From the NCBI GenBank assembly GCA_037481835.1, contig JBBFKW010000006.1, forward strand, positions 1 to 64,000: DNA of 64,000 nucleotides, given 5' to 3'. Each line of letters begins with the position of its first letter. Position 1 is the first letter of the stretch. This document shows positions 18,940 to 29,868 of the stretch, in pieces. The notes beneath the pieces are model-generated. The model had not been told where the DNA came from. It worked only from the letters and a program-made list of their open reading frames with translations, and ran no database searches. This DNA comes from Desulfosoma sp. GTDB taxonomy: Bacteria; Desulfobacterota; Syntrophobacteria; Syntrophobacterales; DSM-9756. A program made the position numbers and the translations under genes.

Positions 18940-20479
18940 CGACGCCGGCCGGCTTCTTGGGGCCGCGCATGACGAAAGTGAGCGGCACCAGGGCCGCGGT
19001 GAACCAGGCAAAAAGCCAGAACGTGTCGTTGAAGGCCATCATGGCGGCCTGCCGGAGGGTTTCCTTGTAGATGGCGGCCATGGCCACCGTGCGATCGTGA
19101 AAGGACGAGGGGTCTCCGCCCGTCAGGGCGAGCATTTTGTCCAAGGCCATGCGGAACGGTTTGTCGAAAGGGGTGAGTCGATCCACCAGCATGTTCTGGT
19201 GCCATTGGGACCGCTGGGACAGGACCGTGGTGCTGAACGCCACGCCGAAACTGCCGCCGAGGTTTCGCAGAAGGTTGAAGATCCCCGTGGCGTTGCCCAT
19301 CTGTTCCCGAGGGATATTGACGTAAGTGGCGGCCGAGAGGGGCACGAAAAACAAGCCCATACCCAAGGCCTGGACGATCCGCGGCCAGGCCGCCGAAAAA
19401 AAGTCGGCCTGCAGATTGAAACGGGACATGAGCGTCAGCGCCGCCGCCGCCAACACGAGCCCCACGGCCAAGAGGCGATTGGGGCGAACGCCGCGTTTCA
19501 TGAGCATCCCCGCCACGGGCATGATCATGAGACTGGCCAGACCTCCGGGGCCCAGGACCAACCCGGCCCACAAGGCCGTGTAGCCCATGAGGTTCTGCAG
19601 GTACAGGGGCAACAAGACGATGCTTCCAAAGAGGCAAAAATAGCCGGTAAACATGGTCACGTTTCCGGCCGCAAACGTCGGATCTTTGAAGACCCTCAGA
19701 TTGACGACGGGATGGGCGACCCTTAGTTCCACAAGGACGAAGGCCGTGAGGGCCACCACGGCGATCACGGTGAGGGTCACGATGAAGTGGGATTCGAACC
19801 AGTCTTCCCTTTCCCCCTTATCCAGCACCACCTGCAGGCAGCCCAGCCCCACCGAGAGGAGCGCCAGCCCCCAATGGTCAATGCGCACCGTACGCGCCCG
19901 GATGTAAGGCGGATCGTGGATGGTGAGCATGGCCATGAAAACGGCCAAGAACCCCAGGGGCACATTGATATAAAAGACCCAGCGCCACGACCAGTTATCC
20001 GTAATGAACCCACCCAGGACAGGCCCCAGGATGGGGGCGAAGACCACCCCCATGCCGAAAACGGCCATGGCCACGCCGTGTTCGCGCACGGGGAAGGTTT
20101 CCAGGAGAATGGCCTGGGACAAGGGTTGGAGGCCGCCGCCGCCCAGGCCTTGGAGCACCCGCGCGATGACGAGGACCTTCAAGGACGGCGCGGCCCCGCA
20201 CAGCACCGAACTTAAAGTGAAAATGACGATGGAAAACAGGAGGTAATTGCGCCGCCCGAAAATGCTCGCCAGCCATCCCGTGATGGGAATGATCACGGCG
20301 TTGGAGACCAAGTAGGAGGTGAGCACCCACGTGACTTCATCCACCCCCGCGTTCAAGCTCCCCTGGATGTGGGGCAGGGACACGTTCACCACGCTGGTGT
20401 CCATGACCTCGATGAACGTGGGGATGATCACGGTGAGCGCGATGGCCCATTTGCGCCCGTCCGGATTGGGAGCGCTCAT
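18926..20479 (-). CDS. DHA2-family MFS efflux permease (EmrB-like)
   Basis: MDTSVVNVSLP, WVLTSY, WRWVFYINVP and RNLGGSFG motifs; many TM segments. Confidence 0.92.
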   Translation of the reverse strand: MSAPNPDGRKWAIALTVIIPTFIEVMDTSVVNVSLPHIQGSLNAGVDEVTWVLTSYLVSNAVIIPITGWLASIFGRRNYLLFSIVIFTLSSVLCGAAPSLKVLVIARVLQGLGGGGLQPLSQAILLETFPVREHGVAMAVFGMGVVFAPILGPVLGGFITDNWSWRWVFYINVPLGFLAVFMAMLTIHDPPYIRARTVRIDHWGLALLSVGLGCLQVVLDKGEREDWFESHFIVTLTVIAVVALTAFVLVELRVAHPVVNLRVFKDPTFAAGNVTMFTGYFCLFGSIVLLPLYLQNLMGYTALWAGLVLGPGGLASLMIMPVAGMLMKRGVRPNRLLAVGLVLAAAALTLMSRFNLQADFFSAAWPRIVQALGMGLFFVPLSAATYVNIPREQMGNATGIFNLLRNLGGSFGVAFSTTVLSQRSQWHQNMLVDRLTPFDKPFRMALDKMLALTGGDPSSFHDRTVAMAAIYKETLRQAAMMAFNDTFWLFAWFTAALVPLTFVMRGPKKPAGVVMGH

Positions 20480-21750
20480 CGGGAGGCCCTCTGAGACGGC
20501 GACCGCAGGCGCGGCCCGCTCTGGTCGGACGTATCCACGGTCACTTCCAGGGAAAAGCCGAGTCGCAGCGGGTATTCCGGGGCAAAGGGTTCCGTGAGCC
20601 GGATTTTGACCGGCACCCGCTGGGTGATCTTGATCCAGTTGCCCGTGGCGTTTTCAGGGGGCAGCAGGGAAAAGGCCGCTCCCGTTCCCGCTCGGATGCC
20701 TTCCACCGTCCCGGAAAAACGCCGGTCGGGATAGCAGTCGGCTCGGATTTTGACCCGCTGGCCGATCCGGATCTTTTCCACCTGGGTCTCTTTGAAGTTG
20801 GCTTCCACGTAGGCGTCCTGCAGGGGCACCACGGCCAGAAGGGGCTGACCCGGCACGATGCGGTCTCCGACTTGAATTTTCTTTTGAGCCACATAGCCAT
20901 CGATGGGCGAGGTGATGCGGCAGTAGGAGAGATTCAGTCGGGCGCTGTCTCGGCGGGCTTCCAGTTCCTTTTCGTGGGCGAGTAGGGCCGCCAGGCGTTC
21001 CTGTTCCACGCGCACCTGGAGGCGCCCCGCCTGGGCTTCGGCAAGACGGGCCTGCGCTTTGGCCGCTTCCTTTTCCGCCGCATCCAGGCCGGCGCGAGCC
21101 GCCCGCAAGCGCGCCTCGGACGCTCCCATAGCCGCTTCCGCCTTGGCGAGAGCCGTTTTCATGCGGTCGCGGTCCCTCACCGATGACGCCCCCTGCGCCG
21201 CCAGAGCATCGAATCTTTCCCAGTCTCTCTTGGCGTGCCGGTATTCGGCGAGAGCGGCGTCGTGATCCCGGGCCATCTCTTCCACGGTTTCCCGAGCCGC
21301 CCGGACTTGGGCCTGAGCGGCGTTCCAGGCGGCCTGGGCGCCGTTCACCGCGGCCTGGGTGGCCGCTTCCGTGTATTCCACGTTCACGCGCGCCGATTGG
21401 ATTTCGGCCTGAACGCGTGCCAAGGCCGCTTCCACTTCGTTGAGCTGGGCTTGGTAGTCGGCCGGGTCCAGTTCGATGAGGAGCCGGCCCCGGCTGACGG
21501 GATCATCGTTTTCCACGTGGATGGCTGCAATGGTGCCGGGAACTCGGGAAGACACCGCGGCCGCATCGGCCATGACGTAGGCGTTGTCCGTGGATTCCTT
21601 GTCCTTCAGGAAAAACCACCAATACGCCGCCGTCCCCAAAAGGCCCACGACGATGAGCCCCCCGAAGAGCCGCTTGAAGTTCTGTTTGTTGTTCCGCCTG
21701 GGAGCGGCGGAAACCGGTTCCGAAGGACTCTGGGCTGGGTTTTCCGCCAT
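20476..21750 (-). CDS. HlyD/EmrA-family membrane fusion protein
   Basis: STDNAY, long coiled coil, ANFKETQ and FSLLPPENATGNWIKITQRVPV; AAGGAGG RBS. Confidence 0.92.
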   Translation of the reverse strand: MAENPAQSPSEPVSAAPRRNNKQNFKRLFGGLIVVGLLGTAAYWWFFLKDKESTDNAYVMADAAAVSSRVPGTIAAIHVENDDPVSRGRLLIELDPADYQAQLNEVEAALARVQAEIQSARVNVEYTEAATQAAVNGAQAAWNAAQAQVRAARETVEEMARDHDAALAEYRHAKRDWERFDALAAQGASSVRDRDRMKTALAKAEAAMGASEARLRAARAGLDAAEKEAAKAQARLAEAQAGRLQVRVEQERLAALLAHEKELEARRDSARLNLSYCRITSPIDGYVAQKKIQVGDRIVPGQPLLAVVPLQDAYVEANFKETQVEKIRIGQRVKIRADCYPDRRFSGTVEGIRAGTGAAFSLLPPENATGNWIKITQRVPVKIRLTEPFAPEYPLRLGFSLEVTVDTSDQSGPRLRSPSQRASR

Positions 21751-22033
21751 GGCGTGCGCCGTCCCTCCTTTGCAAGTTTCCATTCCCACACGGATCTGTT
21801 GCGGTCGCCTTTTGCGCCGTCTTTTTACCTATGGCAAGGCAGCCTTGAAGACGTCAACGGAAAAAAAGGCCGTCGCACTCCAGGAGCTTTTCCCTTGACA
21901 GAGCTTTCCGTTGCCCATTACACGTTCAATTTTACAAGGTTTTCCGGAAGGCAAGACCCTGGGTTCGGCGAAGGGCCGCGGGGATGGAGCGTTTGTGCGT
22001 TGGAAGCCGATCGGGCACAGGGAAGGAGTCGTC

Positions 22034-22918
22034 ATGACTTTTCAGGAACTCATCCATGCTTTGAACGCATTTTGGTCCGAAAGAGGATGTGTCATTCAGC
22101 AGCCTTACGATTTGGAAGTGGGGGCGGGGACGTTCAACCCGGCCACGTTCTTGCGGGTCCTAGGGCCGGAACCGTGGAAGGTGGCCTACGTGGAACCGTC
22201 CCGTCGACCGACGGACGGCCGCTACGGGGAAAACCCCAACCGGCTCCAGCACTACTATCAATACCAGGTGATCCTCAAGCCTTCTCCTCCCAACAGCCAG
22301 GAAATCTATTTGGAGAGCCTGAAAAGTTTCGGCATCGACCCCTTGGATCACGATATCCGGTTCGTGGAAGACGACTGGGAATCGCCCACGCTGGGCGCTT
22401 CGGGCCTGGGCTGGGAAGTGTGGCTGGACGGCATGGAAATCACCCAGTTCACTTACTTTCAGCAGGCGGGCGGCATCACCCTGAGCCCCGTGTGTGTGGA
22501 ACTCACCTACGGTTTGGAACGCATCGCCATGTATCTCCAAGGCGTGGACAACGTCTACGACCTGCAGTGGACGGGCGCCGTGACCTACGGCGACGTGCAC
22601 CACAAGGGCGAAGTGGAATGGTCCCACTACAACTTTGAGGAAGCCGACGTGCCCATGCTCCTGGAGCTTTTCGGCATGTATGAAAAGGAATCCCTGCGCA
22701 TGGCGGACCGCGGCCTGGTGCTTCCGTGCTACGACTATTGCCTCAAATGCTCCCACGTCTTCAACTTGCTGGACGCCCGCGGGGCCATCAGCGTCACCGA
22801 ACGCACCAACTACATCGGGCGGGTGCGGAATCTGGCCCGGCTGGCGGCCCACGGTTACGCCGCTCAAAGGGAGGCCATGGGATATCCTTTGCTGAAAAAG
22901 AACGCCTTCAGGGATTGA
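22034..22918 (+). CDS. glyQ: Glycine--tRNA ligase alpha subunit
   Basis: [35 protein letters not shown] and [10 protein letters not shown] motifs. Confidence 0.97.
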   Translation: MTFQELIHALNAFWSERGCVIQQPYDLEVGAGTFNPATFLRVLGPEPWKVAYVEPSRRPTDGRYGENPNRLQHYYQYQVILKPSPPNSQEIYLESLKSFGIDPLDHDIRFVEDDWESPTLGASGLGWEVWLDGMEITQFTYFQQAGGITLSPVCVELTYGLERIAMYLQGVDNVYDLQWTGAVTYGDVHHKGEVEWSHYNFEEADVPMLLELFGMYEKESLRMADRGLVLPCYDYCLKCSHVFNLLDARGAISVTERTNYIGRVRNLARLAAHGYAAQREAMGYPLLKKNAFRD

Positions 22919-22979
22919 CGGAGTCGAGAAGCCGAAAGCGTTCCAACGATTTTTCTTACCGGACGAGACGAGGGACCTT

Positions 22980-25052
22980 ATGGGACAAGAATTTTATTTG
23001 GAAATCGGCAGCGAAGAAATTCCCGCGGGCTATATCGCCCCGGCCTTGGAATCCATGGCCCAGCACATGGTGCGCTTCCTGGACGATCACCGCATCGCCC
23101 ACGGAGAACCCTTCACCACGGGAACGCCTCGAAGACTGTGCCTCTGCATCCCTGATGTGGCCGAACGGCAGGAACCATCGGTGGTGGAAATCATCGGACC
23201 GCCCAAGTCCGTGGCCTTCGACGCCCAAGGCCGCCCCACCAAGGCCGCCGAAGGGTTCGCCAAGAACCAGGGGATCGACGTGTCGCAGCTCACCTTGAAA
23301 ACCACCCCCAAAGGGGAATACGTGTCTCTGGTGAAGGAAGAAGCGGGCGGGCCCACTAAAGAACTCCTGGAACGCATGCTTCCCGATTTCATCGCTCACA
23401 TCCCTTTTCCCAAGTCCATGCGCTGGGGGCATCTGTCCGTCACCTTCGCCCGTCCCGTCCATTGGATCGTGTGTCTCCTGGGCGATGAGGTGGTGGATTT
23501 CACCTACGGCGACGTGCGCAGCGGCCGCATGTCCTTCGGGCATCGGTTCATGAGCCCCGAATGGATTGAGGTGAAAAATTTCGCCAAACATAAGGAGGCT
23601 TTGCGCCGTCATAAGGTCATCGTGGACACCGAAGAGCGGAAAAGGCTCATTCGGGACGGCATCCGGGAGAAGGCGGCGGCCGTGGGAGGCCGGATTTTGG
23701 AAGACGAGGACCTGCTGGACGAAGTGGCCCACCTCGTGGAATACCCGTACCCGCTTCTCGGCTCTTTTGAAGAAAAGTATCTCGCACTCCCGCCGGAACT
23801 CCTCATCACGGTCATGAAGGAACATCAGCGCTATTTCGCCGTGGTGGATGGGTCGGGGAACCTCAAGGCCCACTTCGTCACGGTGGCCAACACCGTGCCC
23901 AGGAACCCCGATGTGGTGGCCGCGGGAAACGCCCGGGTGGTGCGGGCTCGGCTGGAAGATGCCCGGTTTTACTACGAGGAAGACCAGAAGGTCCGGCTGG
24001 AAGACCGGGCGGAAGCCCTCAAATCCGTGGTGTTCCACGCCAAGCTGGGTACCAGCTGGGAAAAGGTGGAGCGCTTCACCGAACTGGCCAAATGGCTTTG
24101 CGAAAGACTCTGCCCCCAGTCCATGGATCACGTGCTCCGCGCCGCCTATCTGTGCAAGGCGGATCTGGTCAGCGGCATGGTGGGCGAGTTCCCCGAACTC
24201 CAGGGCGTCATGGGGCGGGCTTACGCCCGGCTGCAGGGAGAACCGGAACCGGTGGCTCAAGCCATCTACGAGCATTACCTGCCCATTCGGGCCGGCGGGC
24301 CCATTCCCGACGGCATGGAAGGGGCGATCCTCAGTATCGCCGACAAGATGGACACCATCGTCGGCTGTTTCGGCGTGGGCCTCCTTCCCACGGGAACGGC
24401 CGACCCCTTCGCACTGCGGCGCCAAACCCTGGGCATCCTTCGCATCGTCTTGGAAAAGCAGCTGCGCTTTTCCCTGGAAGAACTCATCGATCGCGCCCTT
24501 CCGTTGCTGCAGTCCAAGATGACCGAACCCGCCGAAACCGTCAAAAAAGGCGTGCTGGAGTTCTTCCGCGGCAGGCTCCACCACCACCTGGTGACCCAAG
24601 AGGGCTATGCGTCGGACATTGTGGAAGCGGCCTTGGCTTCCGGCATCGCCTTCCCGGCGGACGCCGTCTCGCGGGTCAAGGCTCTGGCAACTTTCACGCA
24701 GCGGGACGACTTTGAGGGCCTGGCCATGGCCTTCAAGCGGGTGGGCAACATCATCAAGGACGGCGAAACGGAACCCGTAAGGCCCGAAGCCTTTTCGGTC
24801 CCGGCCGAAAAGGAGCTCTTCGAAGCGTATCAAAAGGTGGAAGCCCACGTGCGGGAAAAAATCGCCCAGGGCGACTACGACGGGGCCCTGGAAAGCCTCA
24901 CGGCCCTTCGCGGTCCCATAGACACCTTCTTCGAAGCCGTGTTGGTCATGGATCCCGACCCGGCGGTGCGCCGAAACCGTTTGGCCCTTCTCACGGCCAT
25001 CCACGAGCTCTTCAACCGCATCGCCGATTTCAGGAAGGTCCAAACGGGCTGA
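22980..25052 (+). CDS. glyS: Glycine--tRNA ligase beta subunit
   Basis: EIGSEEIP, TPRRL, KSMRW, EFPELQG and DPFALRR motifs; follows glyQ. Confidence 0.97.
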   Translation: MGQEFYLEIGSEEIPAGYIAPALESMAQHMVRFLDDHRIAHGEPFTTGTPRRLCLCIPDVAERQEPSVVEIIGPPKSVAFDAQGRPTKAAEGFAKNQGIDVSQLTLKTTPKGEYVSLVKEEAGGPTKELLERMLPDFIAHIPFPKSMRWGHLSVTFARPVHWIVCLLGDEVVDFTYGDVRSGRMSFGHRFMSPEWIEVKNFAKHKEALRRHKVIVDTEERKRLIRDGIREKAAAVGGRILEDEDLLDEVAHLVEYPYPLLGSFEEKYLALPPELLITVMKEHQRYFAVVDGSGNLKAHFVTVANTVPRNPDVVAAGNARVVRARLEDARFYYEEDQKVRLEDRAEALKSVVFHAKLGTSWEKVERFTELAKWLCERLCPQSMDHVLRAAYLCKADLVSGMVGEFPELQGVMGRAYARLQGEPEPVAQAIYEHYLPIRAGGPIPDGMEGAILSIADKMDTIVGCFGVGLLPTGTADPFALRRQTLGILRIVLEKQLRFSLEELIDRALPLLQSKMTEPAETVKKGVLEFFRGRLHHHLVTQEGYASDIVEAALASGIAFPADAVSRVKALATFTQRDDFEGLAMAFKRVGNIIKDGETEPVRPEAFSVPAEKELFEAYQKVEAHVREKIAQGDYDGALESLTALRGPIDTFFEAVLVMDPDPAVRRNRLALLTAIHELFNRIADFRKVQTG

Positions 25053-25315
25053 GCTTTTTTGCCTTCCGCCGGACCGGAGCGGCCTTTTCCGGAACCGGAG
25101 CAGGGCCCCCTTCGGGAATGCCCGGGAGGCCATGCCGCTTCCCAGGCACTGCGCCGCAAAGATGGAAATGGCGGGCACGCTCGCACCCTCATACAGGCCC
25201 CTTTGGAGGGGGAGCGGGCGTGCCGGGGAAGGGATCCCTTGGCACGCCGACTCCTCCGGCAAAGAGATTATTGTGCGAAGCGGCTTGTCCGCGATCCTGA
25301 AAAGGAGACGTCCTT

Positions 25316-26530
25316 CTACGCCCCCGGTGGGGCCGAGTTTCGACCGGCCGGCTCGCTCATGTGGAGCACCCTCTTGATCCACGGCAACAAGGCCAGGGTT
25401 GCCAGCAAAACGACGATGCCGCTTGCGACGAAAGTCCCCTGATAGCCCACGAGAGGAATCACCCATCCTGCCGCGTAATTTCCAGCAAAAACCCCCAGCG
25501 TCCTCACGGCGTACACCACGGCGGAATGGCCCCCCAACCGCCCTTGGGGAAAGAAAGCGGCCGTCATGATGCCCATGGCCAGGATCACGGGAACATCTCC
25601 CGTCGTGTGAAGCAGCCGCACGGCGATCATCTGGGGCAGAGACCTGGCGAAGGCCGTAAGAACCTGAAAGACGGACGAAATGATCAGCCCCAGCGCCAGC
25701 AGCCGGATGACGCTCTGGCGCACGTCGAATCCCCGGCCTGTGACGGGGGCCATGAGGGCCATCCAGATGCCGACGGCGAGAAAGCTCCAGCCGATCTGGG
25801 CGTTGGAAAACCCCAGGTCGTGGCGCATGAGCAACGTGTAGGAGGTCTGCTCAACGCCGAAGTGCGTGGCGTAGATGAGCCAGACGACGAGGAACGCCAA
25901 TGCGCGCGGCTGCTTGAGGTCCTCGCGGTAATCCCCCAGGTTGAACACAATGGGATCGCTGTCCTGGAGGGTGAGGACGAGCAGGATGAGCACGGCGGCG
26001 CCGCCCAAAGCGAAGCTCAACATGCGCACATAGTCCGCATCCCCCCATAGGGTGCCCGCAAGGAGCGGTCCCACCCCGAAGCCCAAGTAGCTCCCCATTT
26101 GATAAACGGCAATTTTCACGCCCCGTTGGGAAGGCGAAAGGACTTTGAGGAAGAGGGCCTGCAGCACCGTCTGGAAAATCGCCCACGAAAGACCGCCCAG
26201 AACGGCCAGGGAAAGAAAAGCGTACCAGCTCCGGGCGACCCGAAGACCCGCAAGATGCAGGAAAAGCAGGCACGCCCCGACCAACAACACCTTCTTGGGG
26301 CTCACCCTGTCAGACAAAAGCCCCAACGGGATCATCAGAACTAAAGCGGAAATGGAATAGAAGCCCATGACGGTTCCAAGCATGGCGTCGGAAAGCCCCT
26401 GGGCCTTGAGATGCACGGGAAGGAAGGCAAACATCATCCACAAAACGGCCGTGTACAGGAACCCGCACAAGGGAAAGGTGAGGAGTCGCACGGGAAAAGC
26501 AAAAGAGACGGCCACCGCACCGGATTTCAT
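25316..26530 (-). CDS. MFS transporter
   Basis: About 12 hydrophobic segments; motif A-like GLLSDRVSPKK; start uncertain. Confidence 0.8.
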   Translation of the reverse strand: MKSGAVAVSFAFPVRLLTFPLCGFLYTAVLWMMFAFLPVHLKAQGLSDAMLGTVMGFYSISALVLMIPLGLLSDRVSPKKVLLVGACLLFLHLAGLRVARSWYAFLSLAVLGGLSWAIFQTVLQALFLKVLSPSQRGVKIAVYQMGSYLGFGVGPLLAGTLWGDADYVRMLSFALGGAAVLILLVLTLQDSDPIVFNLGDYREDLKQPRALAFLVVWLIYATHFGVEQTSYTLLMRHDLGFSNAQIGWSFLAVGIWMALMAPVTGRGFDVRQSVIRLLALGLIISSVFQVLTAFARSLPQMIAVRLLHTTGDVPVILAMGIMTAAFFPQGRLGGHSAVVYAVRTLGVFAGNYAAGWVIPLVGYQGTFVASGIVVLLATLALLPWIKRVLHMSEPAGRNSAPPGA

Positions 26531-26858
26531 GATTTTCCGAAGACCTCCATGGGACGCTCATGAGTTTGAAAAAATGCACTCTACACTATTCACCGCGGCA
26601 GACAAGCTCCATGACGGAAAGACGCCCTGTCTGCGGGAGCGCCCTTGTCCATGATGGGAGCCGCGGAACTCGGAGCGCGTGTCGAAAAGCCCGCTCGTGC
26701 GAAAGAAAAGCTTGGATGGGGAAGGGGAATTTGACACCCGGAAGGGCTTTGGGGTACCCGTAAGGATGGGCACAGCCCAGGGGATGCCGGCCTGAAGCCG
26801 CGCACCCACCCGGTTATTCCGGACTCGGAACGAGCACACAAGGCATAAAGGAGACGGT

Positions 26859-27530
26859 ATGCACAAAAAGAGGCGCTTTACGGCATGGATTGTCATCGTG
26901 GCCCTGACCGCCGCCGGCTTGGCGGCCTGCGCGGCACCCCGGAACAAGACCGAGCAGGGGGCTCTCATCGGCACCGGAGTCGGCGCCGCCACCGGGGCCG
27001 TTTTGGGGCAGGCCATCGGGCGAAACACGGAGTCCACCCTGATCGGTGCGGCGGCTGGAGCCCTCGTCGGAGGGATCGCCGGGGGCATGATCGGCAACTA
27101 CATGGACCGGCAGGAACAGGAAATGCGCCAGGCCCTGGCGGCCAATGAAGCGGCAAGCGTCCAGCGGACCCAGGACGTTTTGGCCGTCACGTTCAAGTCC
27201 GACGTCCTCTTCGACTTCGACTCCTCGAGCTTGAAACCCGGGGCCATGAGTGAACTCGACCGGGTGGCTCAGGTGCTCAACCGCTACCCCGAAACCCGCA
27301 TCACGGTGGAAGGCCACACGGACAGCATCGGTCCGCTGCAGTACAACCAGCAACTTTCCGAAAGGCGGGCGCAGAGCGTCAAGGACGCGCTCGTGAGCCG
27401 AGGCGTCAATCCGGCGCGCATCGATACCGTGGGCTACGGCGAAACGCGCCCCATCGCCACCAATGAAACGGAAGCGGGGCGCCAGTTGAACCGCCGGGTG
27501 ACCATCCTCATCACGCCGGTTCAGAGCTGA
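26859..27530 (+). CDS. OmpA-family lipoprotein with glycine zipper (YiaD-like)
   Basis: Lipobox LAAC, GxxxG zipper, EGHTD, NQQLSERRA and NRRV motifs. Confidence 0.92.
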   Translation: MHKKRRFTAWIVIVALTAAGLAACAAPRNKTEQGALIGTGVGAATGAVLGQAIGRNTESTLIGAAAGALVGGIAGGMIGNYMDRQEQEMRQALAANEAASVQRTQDVLAVTFKSDVLFDFDSSSLKPGAMSELDRVAQVLNRYPETRITVEGHTDSIGPLQYNQQLSERRAQSVKDALVSRGVNPARIDTVGYGETRPIATNETEAGRQLNRRVTILITPVQS

Positions 27531-28998
27531 GATCCGAAGAGGTCGTTCTTCGACGCCACTCATAAAGGGCGACGGCCATGGCCGTGGCGGCGTTCAAGGA
27601 TTCCGTCCCGGGCGCCATGGAAATGGCCGCCGCCTTTTTCCTCCATTTTTCCGGCACTCCCAAGCCTTCCAACCCCGCCAACAACCCGAAGGAGTCCGGG
27701 AAAAGCACCTTGTCCAAAGGGCGACCGTCCTGGGACAAGGCAATCAAGGGCAGCGTGTCGGGAAGGTCGTGGATCGAAGGGCCCAGCCGCAGCCGCAGCC
27801 GGAAGACGGCTCCGGCGGAAGCGCGCACCGCCTTGGGGTGGAACGGATGGGCCGCTTCCTTCAAAAGCACCGCGGCCGTCACGCCGAAAGCGGCCGCCGT
27901 GCGCAGGACCGCTCCGACATTTTCCGGGTCTTGAAAGGGAACAAAAAGGGTGCAGCCGGGTTCCAAGCCGTCCCCGGGGGACCAGGGGGGGCATGGAGGC
28001 ACGCGGACGGAGAGAAGGGACCGGCCGGTGCCGAAAATATCCAAAGCATCAAAGAGGGCTTTATCCAATTCCAGCCATGCGACAGACTCAGGAGCCGCAG
28101 GCGGTGGAGACGGCCCGCCCTTCACTGTGATCCATGCCTGGACCAGGTCCGAGCGGATCCGAAGCACATCGGCCACGACCTTGGCCCCGGAAACCAAGCA
28201 GAGCCCCTCTTTTTTGATGCCCTTGGGAGTCAGAGCCCGCAAGAGTCGCTTGAATTCGGCGTTCTCGCGGCTCTCGATGACCTTGTGCCTGCCGCCCGCT
28301 CCTGCGGCCTGCCGCACCACGGAAGGCCGCTCGCTTTCTCGGACGAACACCACGAGGCGCCTCCGGTGGGATGTTCCGGGAATGACGTAAGCTCGGTCTT
28401 CCACCATGGTATAGCACCCGGCAAAGAGGCGCACGGCCCTCTGCAGCTCTTCGTCGCACTGGGGCCCCTTCATGAAAATCACGCGCCCTCCCTTTTCCAG
28501 GCACCCTTCGATACGTTCCAGCGTTTCCGCCATGGGTTCCACGGCCCGGGTGATCACCCCTTGCACCGGCCGGTCGTACTGAGGGCCGATGCGTCGCCCT
28601 TCCACCACCACATGGTCCAGTCCCAACGCCTCGCAGACGCTTTCCAGAAAGCGCACCCGGTGCTGACGGCTTTCCGCCAGGACCAGGTGCAGGTGGGAAT
28701 GCAATATCTTGAGCGGGATGCCGGGCATGCCGGGTCCGGTCCCCAGGTCCATGAGAGGCGACGGCAGAGCGGTCATCATGCCCGGAAGCAGCGAATCCAC
28801 GTAGAGTTTGCGGACCATGTTTTCAAAGTTGTGAATCCGGGTCAGGTTGAGCTCTTCATTGTGCTTTCTCAGCCATTGGTGGTATGTCCACAGACGCTCC
28901 AGCTGTTCAGCGGTAGGCCGGATGCCGCTTTCTTGCAGGATGGAGGCCAGAAGCCGCGGGCTCGGAGCCGCGGAGGATTTGGCGGATTGTCGAGGCAT
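27511..28998 (-). CDS. rsmG: Fused 16S rRNA m7G527 methyltransferase RsmG plus SpoU/TrmH-family methyltransferase
   Basis: N-half has NLTRI, DLGTGPGMPGIPL, TRAV and MKG. C-half has QDPENVGAVLRTA, GLEGLG and ESLNAA. Single uninterrupted frame. Confidence 0.85.
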   Translation of the reverse strand: MPRQSAKSSAAPSPRLLASILQESGIRPTAEQLERLWTYHQWLRKHNEELNLTRIHNFENMVRKLYVDSLLPGMMTALPSPLMDLGTGPGMPGIPLKILHSHLHLVLAESRQHRVRFLESVCEALGLDHVVVEGRRIGPQYDRPVQGVITRAVEPMAETLERIEGCLEKGGRVIFMKGPQCDEELQRAVRLFAGCYTMVEDRAYVIPGTSHRRRLVVFVRESERPSVVRQAAGAGGRHKVIESRENAEFKRLLRALTPKGIKKEGLCLVSGAKVVADVLRIRSDLVQAWITVKGGPSPPPAAPESVAWLELDKALFDALDIFGTGRSLLSVRVPPCPPWSPGDGLEPGCTLFVPFQDPENVGAVLRTAAAFGVTAAVLLKEAAHPFHPKAVRASAGAVFRLRLRLGPSIHDLPDTLPLIALSQDGRPLDKVLFPDSFGLLAGLEGLGVPEKWRKKAAAISMAPGTESLNAATAMAVALYEWRRRTTSSDLSSEPA

Positions 28999-29082
28999 TG
29001 CGCGAAGGGTTCTTCCTTTCTTAAAAGTTCAAGAGGTCGGGCCGTGGACGGTGCGGGCGGGTTCTCCATCCCTTTCGACGTC

Positions 29083-29868
29083 ATGGGAAAATCGGCTCCG
29101 GAGACCGTCCCGTTCGTCCATGATCGATGGCCCGTCCTGTACCTGGACAACCATCTTCTCGCCGTTTATAAGCCCGCCGGCCTCTTGGTTCAAGGCGATC
29201 CCACAGGGGATCCCTGCCTCCTGGACTTGGCCAAGATGTGGATCAAGGAGCGCTACCAAAAGCCGGGAAACGTCTTTGTCGGCCTCGTGCACCGCCTGGA
29301 TCGGCCGGTTTCCGGCCTCGTGCTCTTTGCGCGCACATCCAAGGCGGCGGCCCGTCTGAGCGCCCTCTTTCGAGAAAAGCACCTGGAAAAGATCTATCTT
29401 GCCGTGGTGGAAGGATGCCCGGAAAAGGAATCGGACACCTTGATCCACGGTCTGATCCGCCGCGAAACGGGCGGTGTTGTCGTGCAGCATGAAGGCGCAC
29501 CCGGAACGCAGCGGGCCGTGCTCCATTACCGCACCTTGGGGGTCTCCGGAGGTCGGAGTCTTCTGGCTGTTCGGCTGGAAACGGGCCGCAAGCACCAAAT
29601 CCGAGCCCAGTTGGCCCATGTGGGCTGTCCCATCGTGGGGGATGTGCGCTACGGAGCGTCCGAGGCTTTGGAGCATCGAGCGGTGGCCTTGCACTCCTGG
29701 ATCATGCGGCTCCAACACCCCACGAGAAAGGACCCCTTGGAAATCATCTGCCCCATTCCCGTGAGCTGGCCCTGGCCTTTCCAAAACCCCGACGAAACGC
29801 CCCTGCACCACGCGTCCCGGCCGCTGTGGCACTGGCGCGACTATCGCCATCACGTTCCACTCCCTTAG
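29083..29868 (+). CDS. RluA-family pseudouridine synthase
   Basis: KPAGL, HRLDRPVSG, TGRKHQIR and GDVRYG motifs; start uncertain. Confidence 0.9.
   Translation: MGKSAPETVPFVHDRWPVLYLDNHLLAVYKPAGLLVQGDPTGDPCLLDLAKMWIKERYQKPGNVFVGLVHRLDRPVSGLVLFARTSKAAARLSALFREKHLEKIYLAVVEGCPEKESDTLIHGLIRRETGGVVVQHEGAPGTQRAVLHYRTLGVSGGRSLLAVRLETGRKHQIRAQLAHVGCPIVGDVRYGASEALEHRAVALHSWIMRLQHPTRKDPLEIICPIPVSWPWPFQNPDETPLHHASRPLWHWRDYRHHVPLP

Noticed and set aside
21790..22033. T-box leader upstream of glyQ
   Set aside because: No T-box consensus or leader terminator seen.
25174..25250. Alternative GC-rich hairpins between convergent glyS and MFS genes
   Set aside because: Most simply a terminator-like structure; no second copy seen.
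22956..25466. 836-aa minus-strand ORF
   Set aside because: Antisense shadow of glyS caused by high-GC codon bias; no motifs.
26740..26830. Possible c-di-GMP riboswitch upstream of the OmpA-family gene
   Set aside because: The conserved GAAA tetraloop and GCAAAG core is not recognisable.
27769..29082. N-terminal extension making RluA appear to be 699 aa
   Set aside because: It is the antisense of the rsmG-trmH gene; RluA motifs begin only after ~29083.
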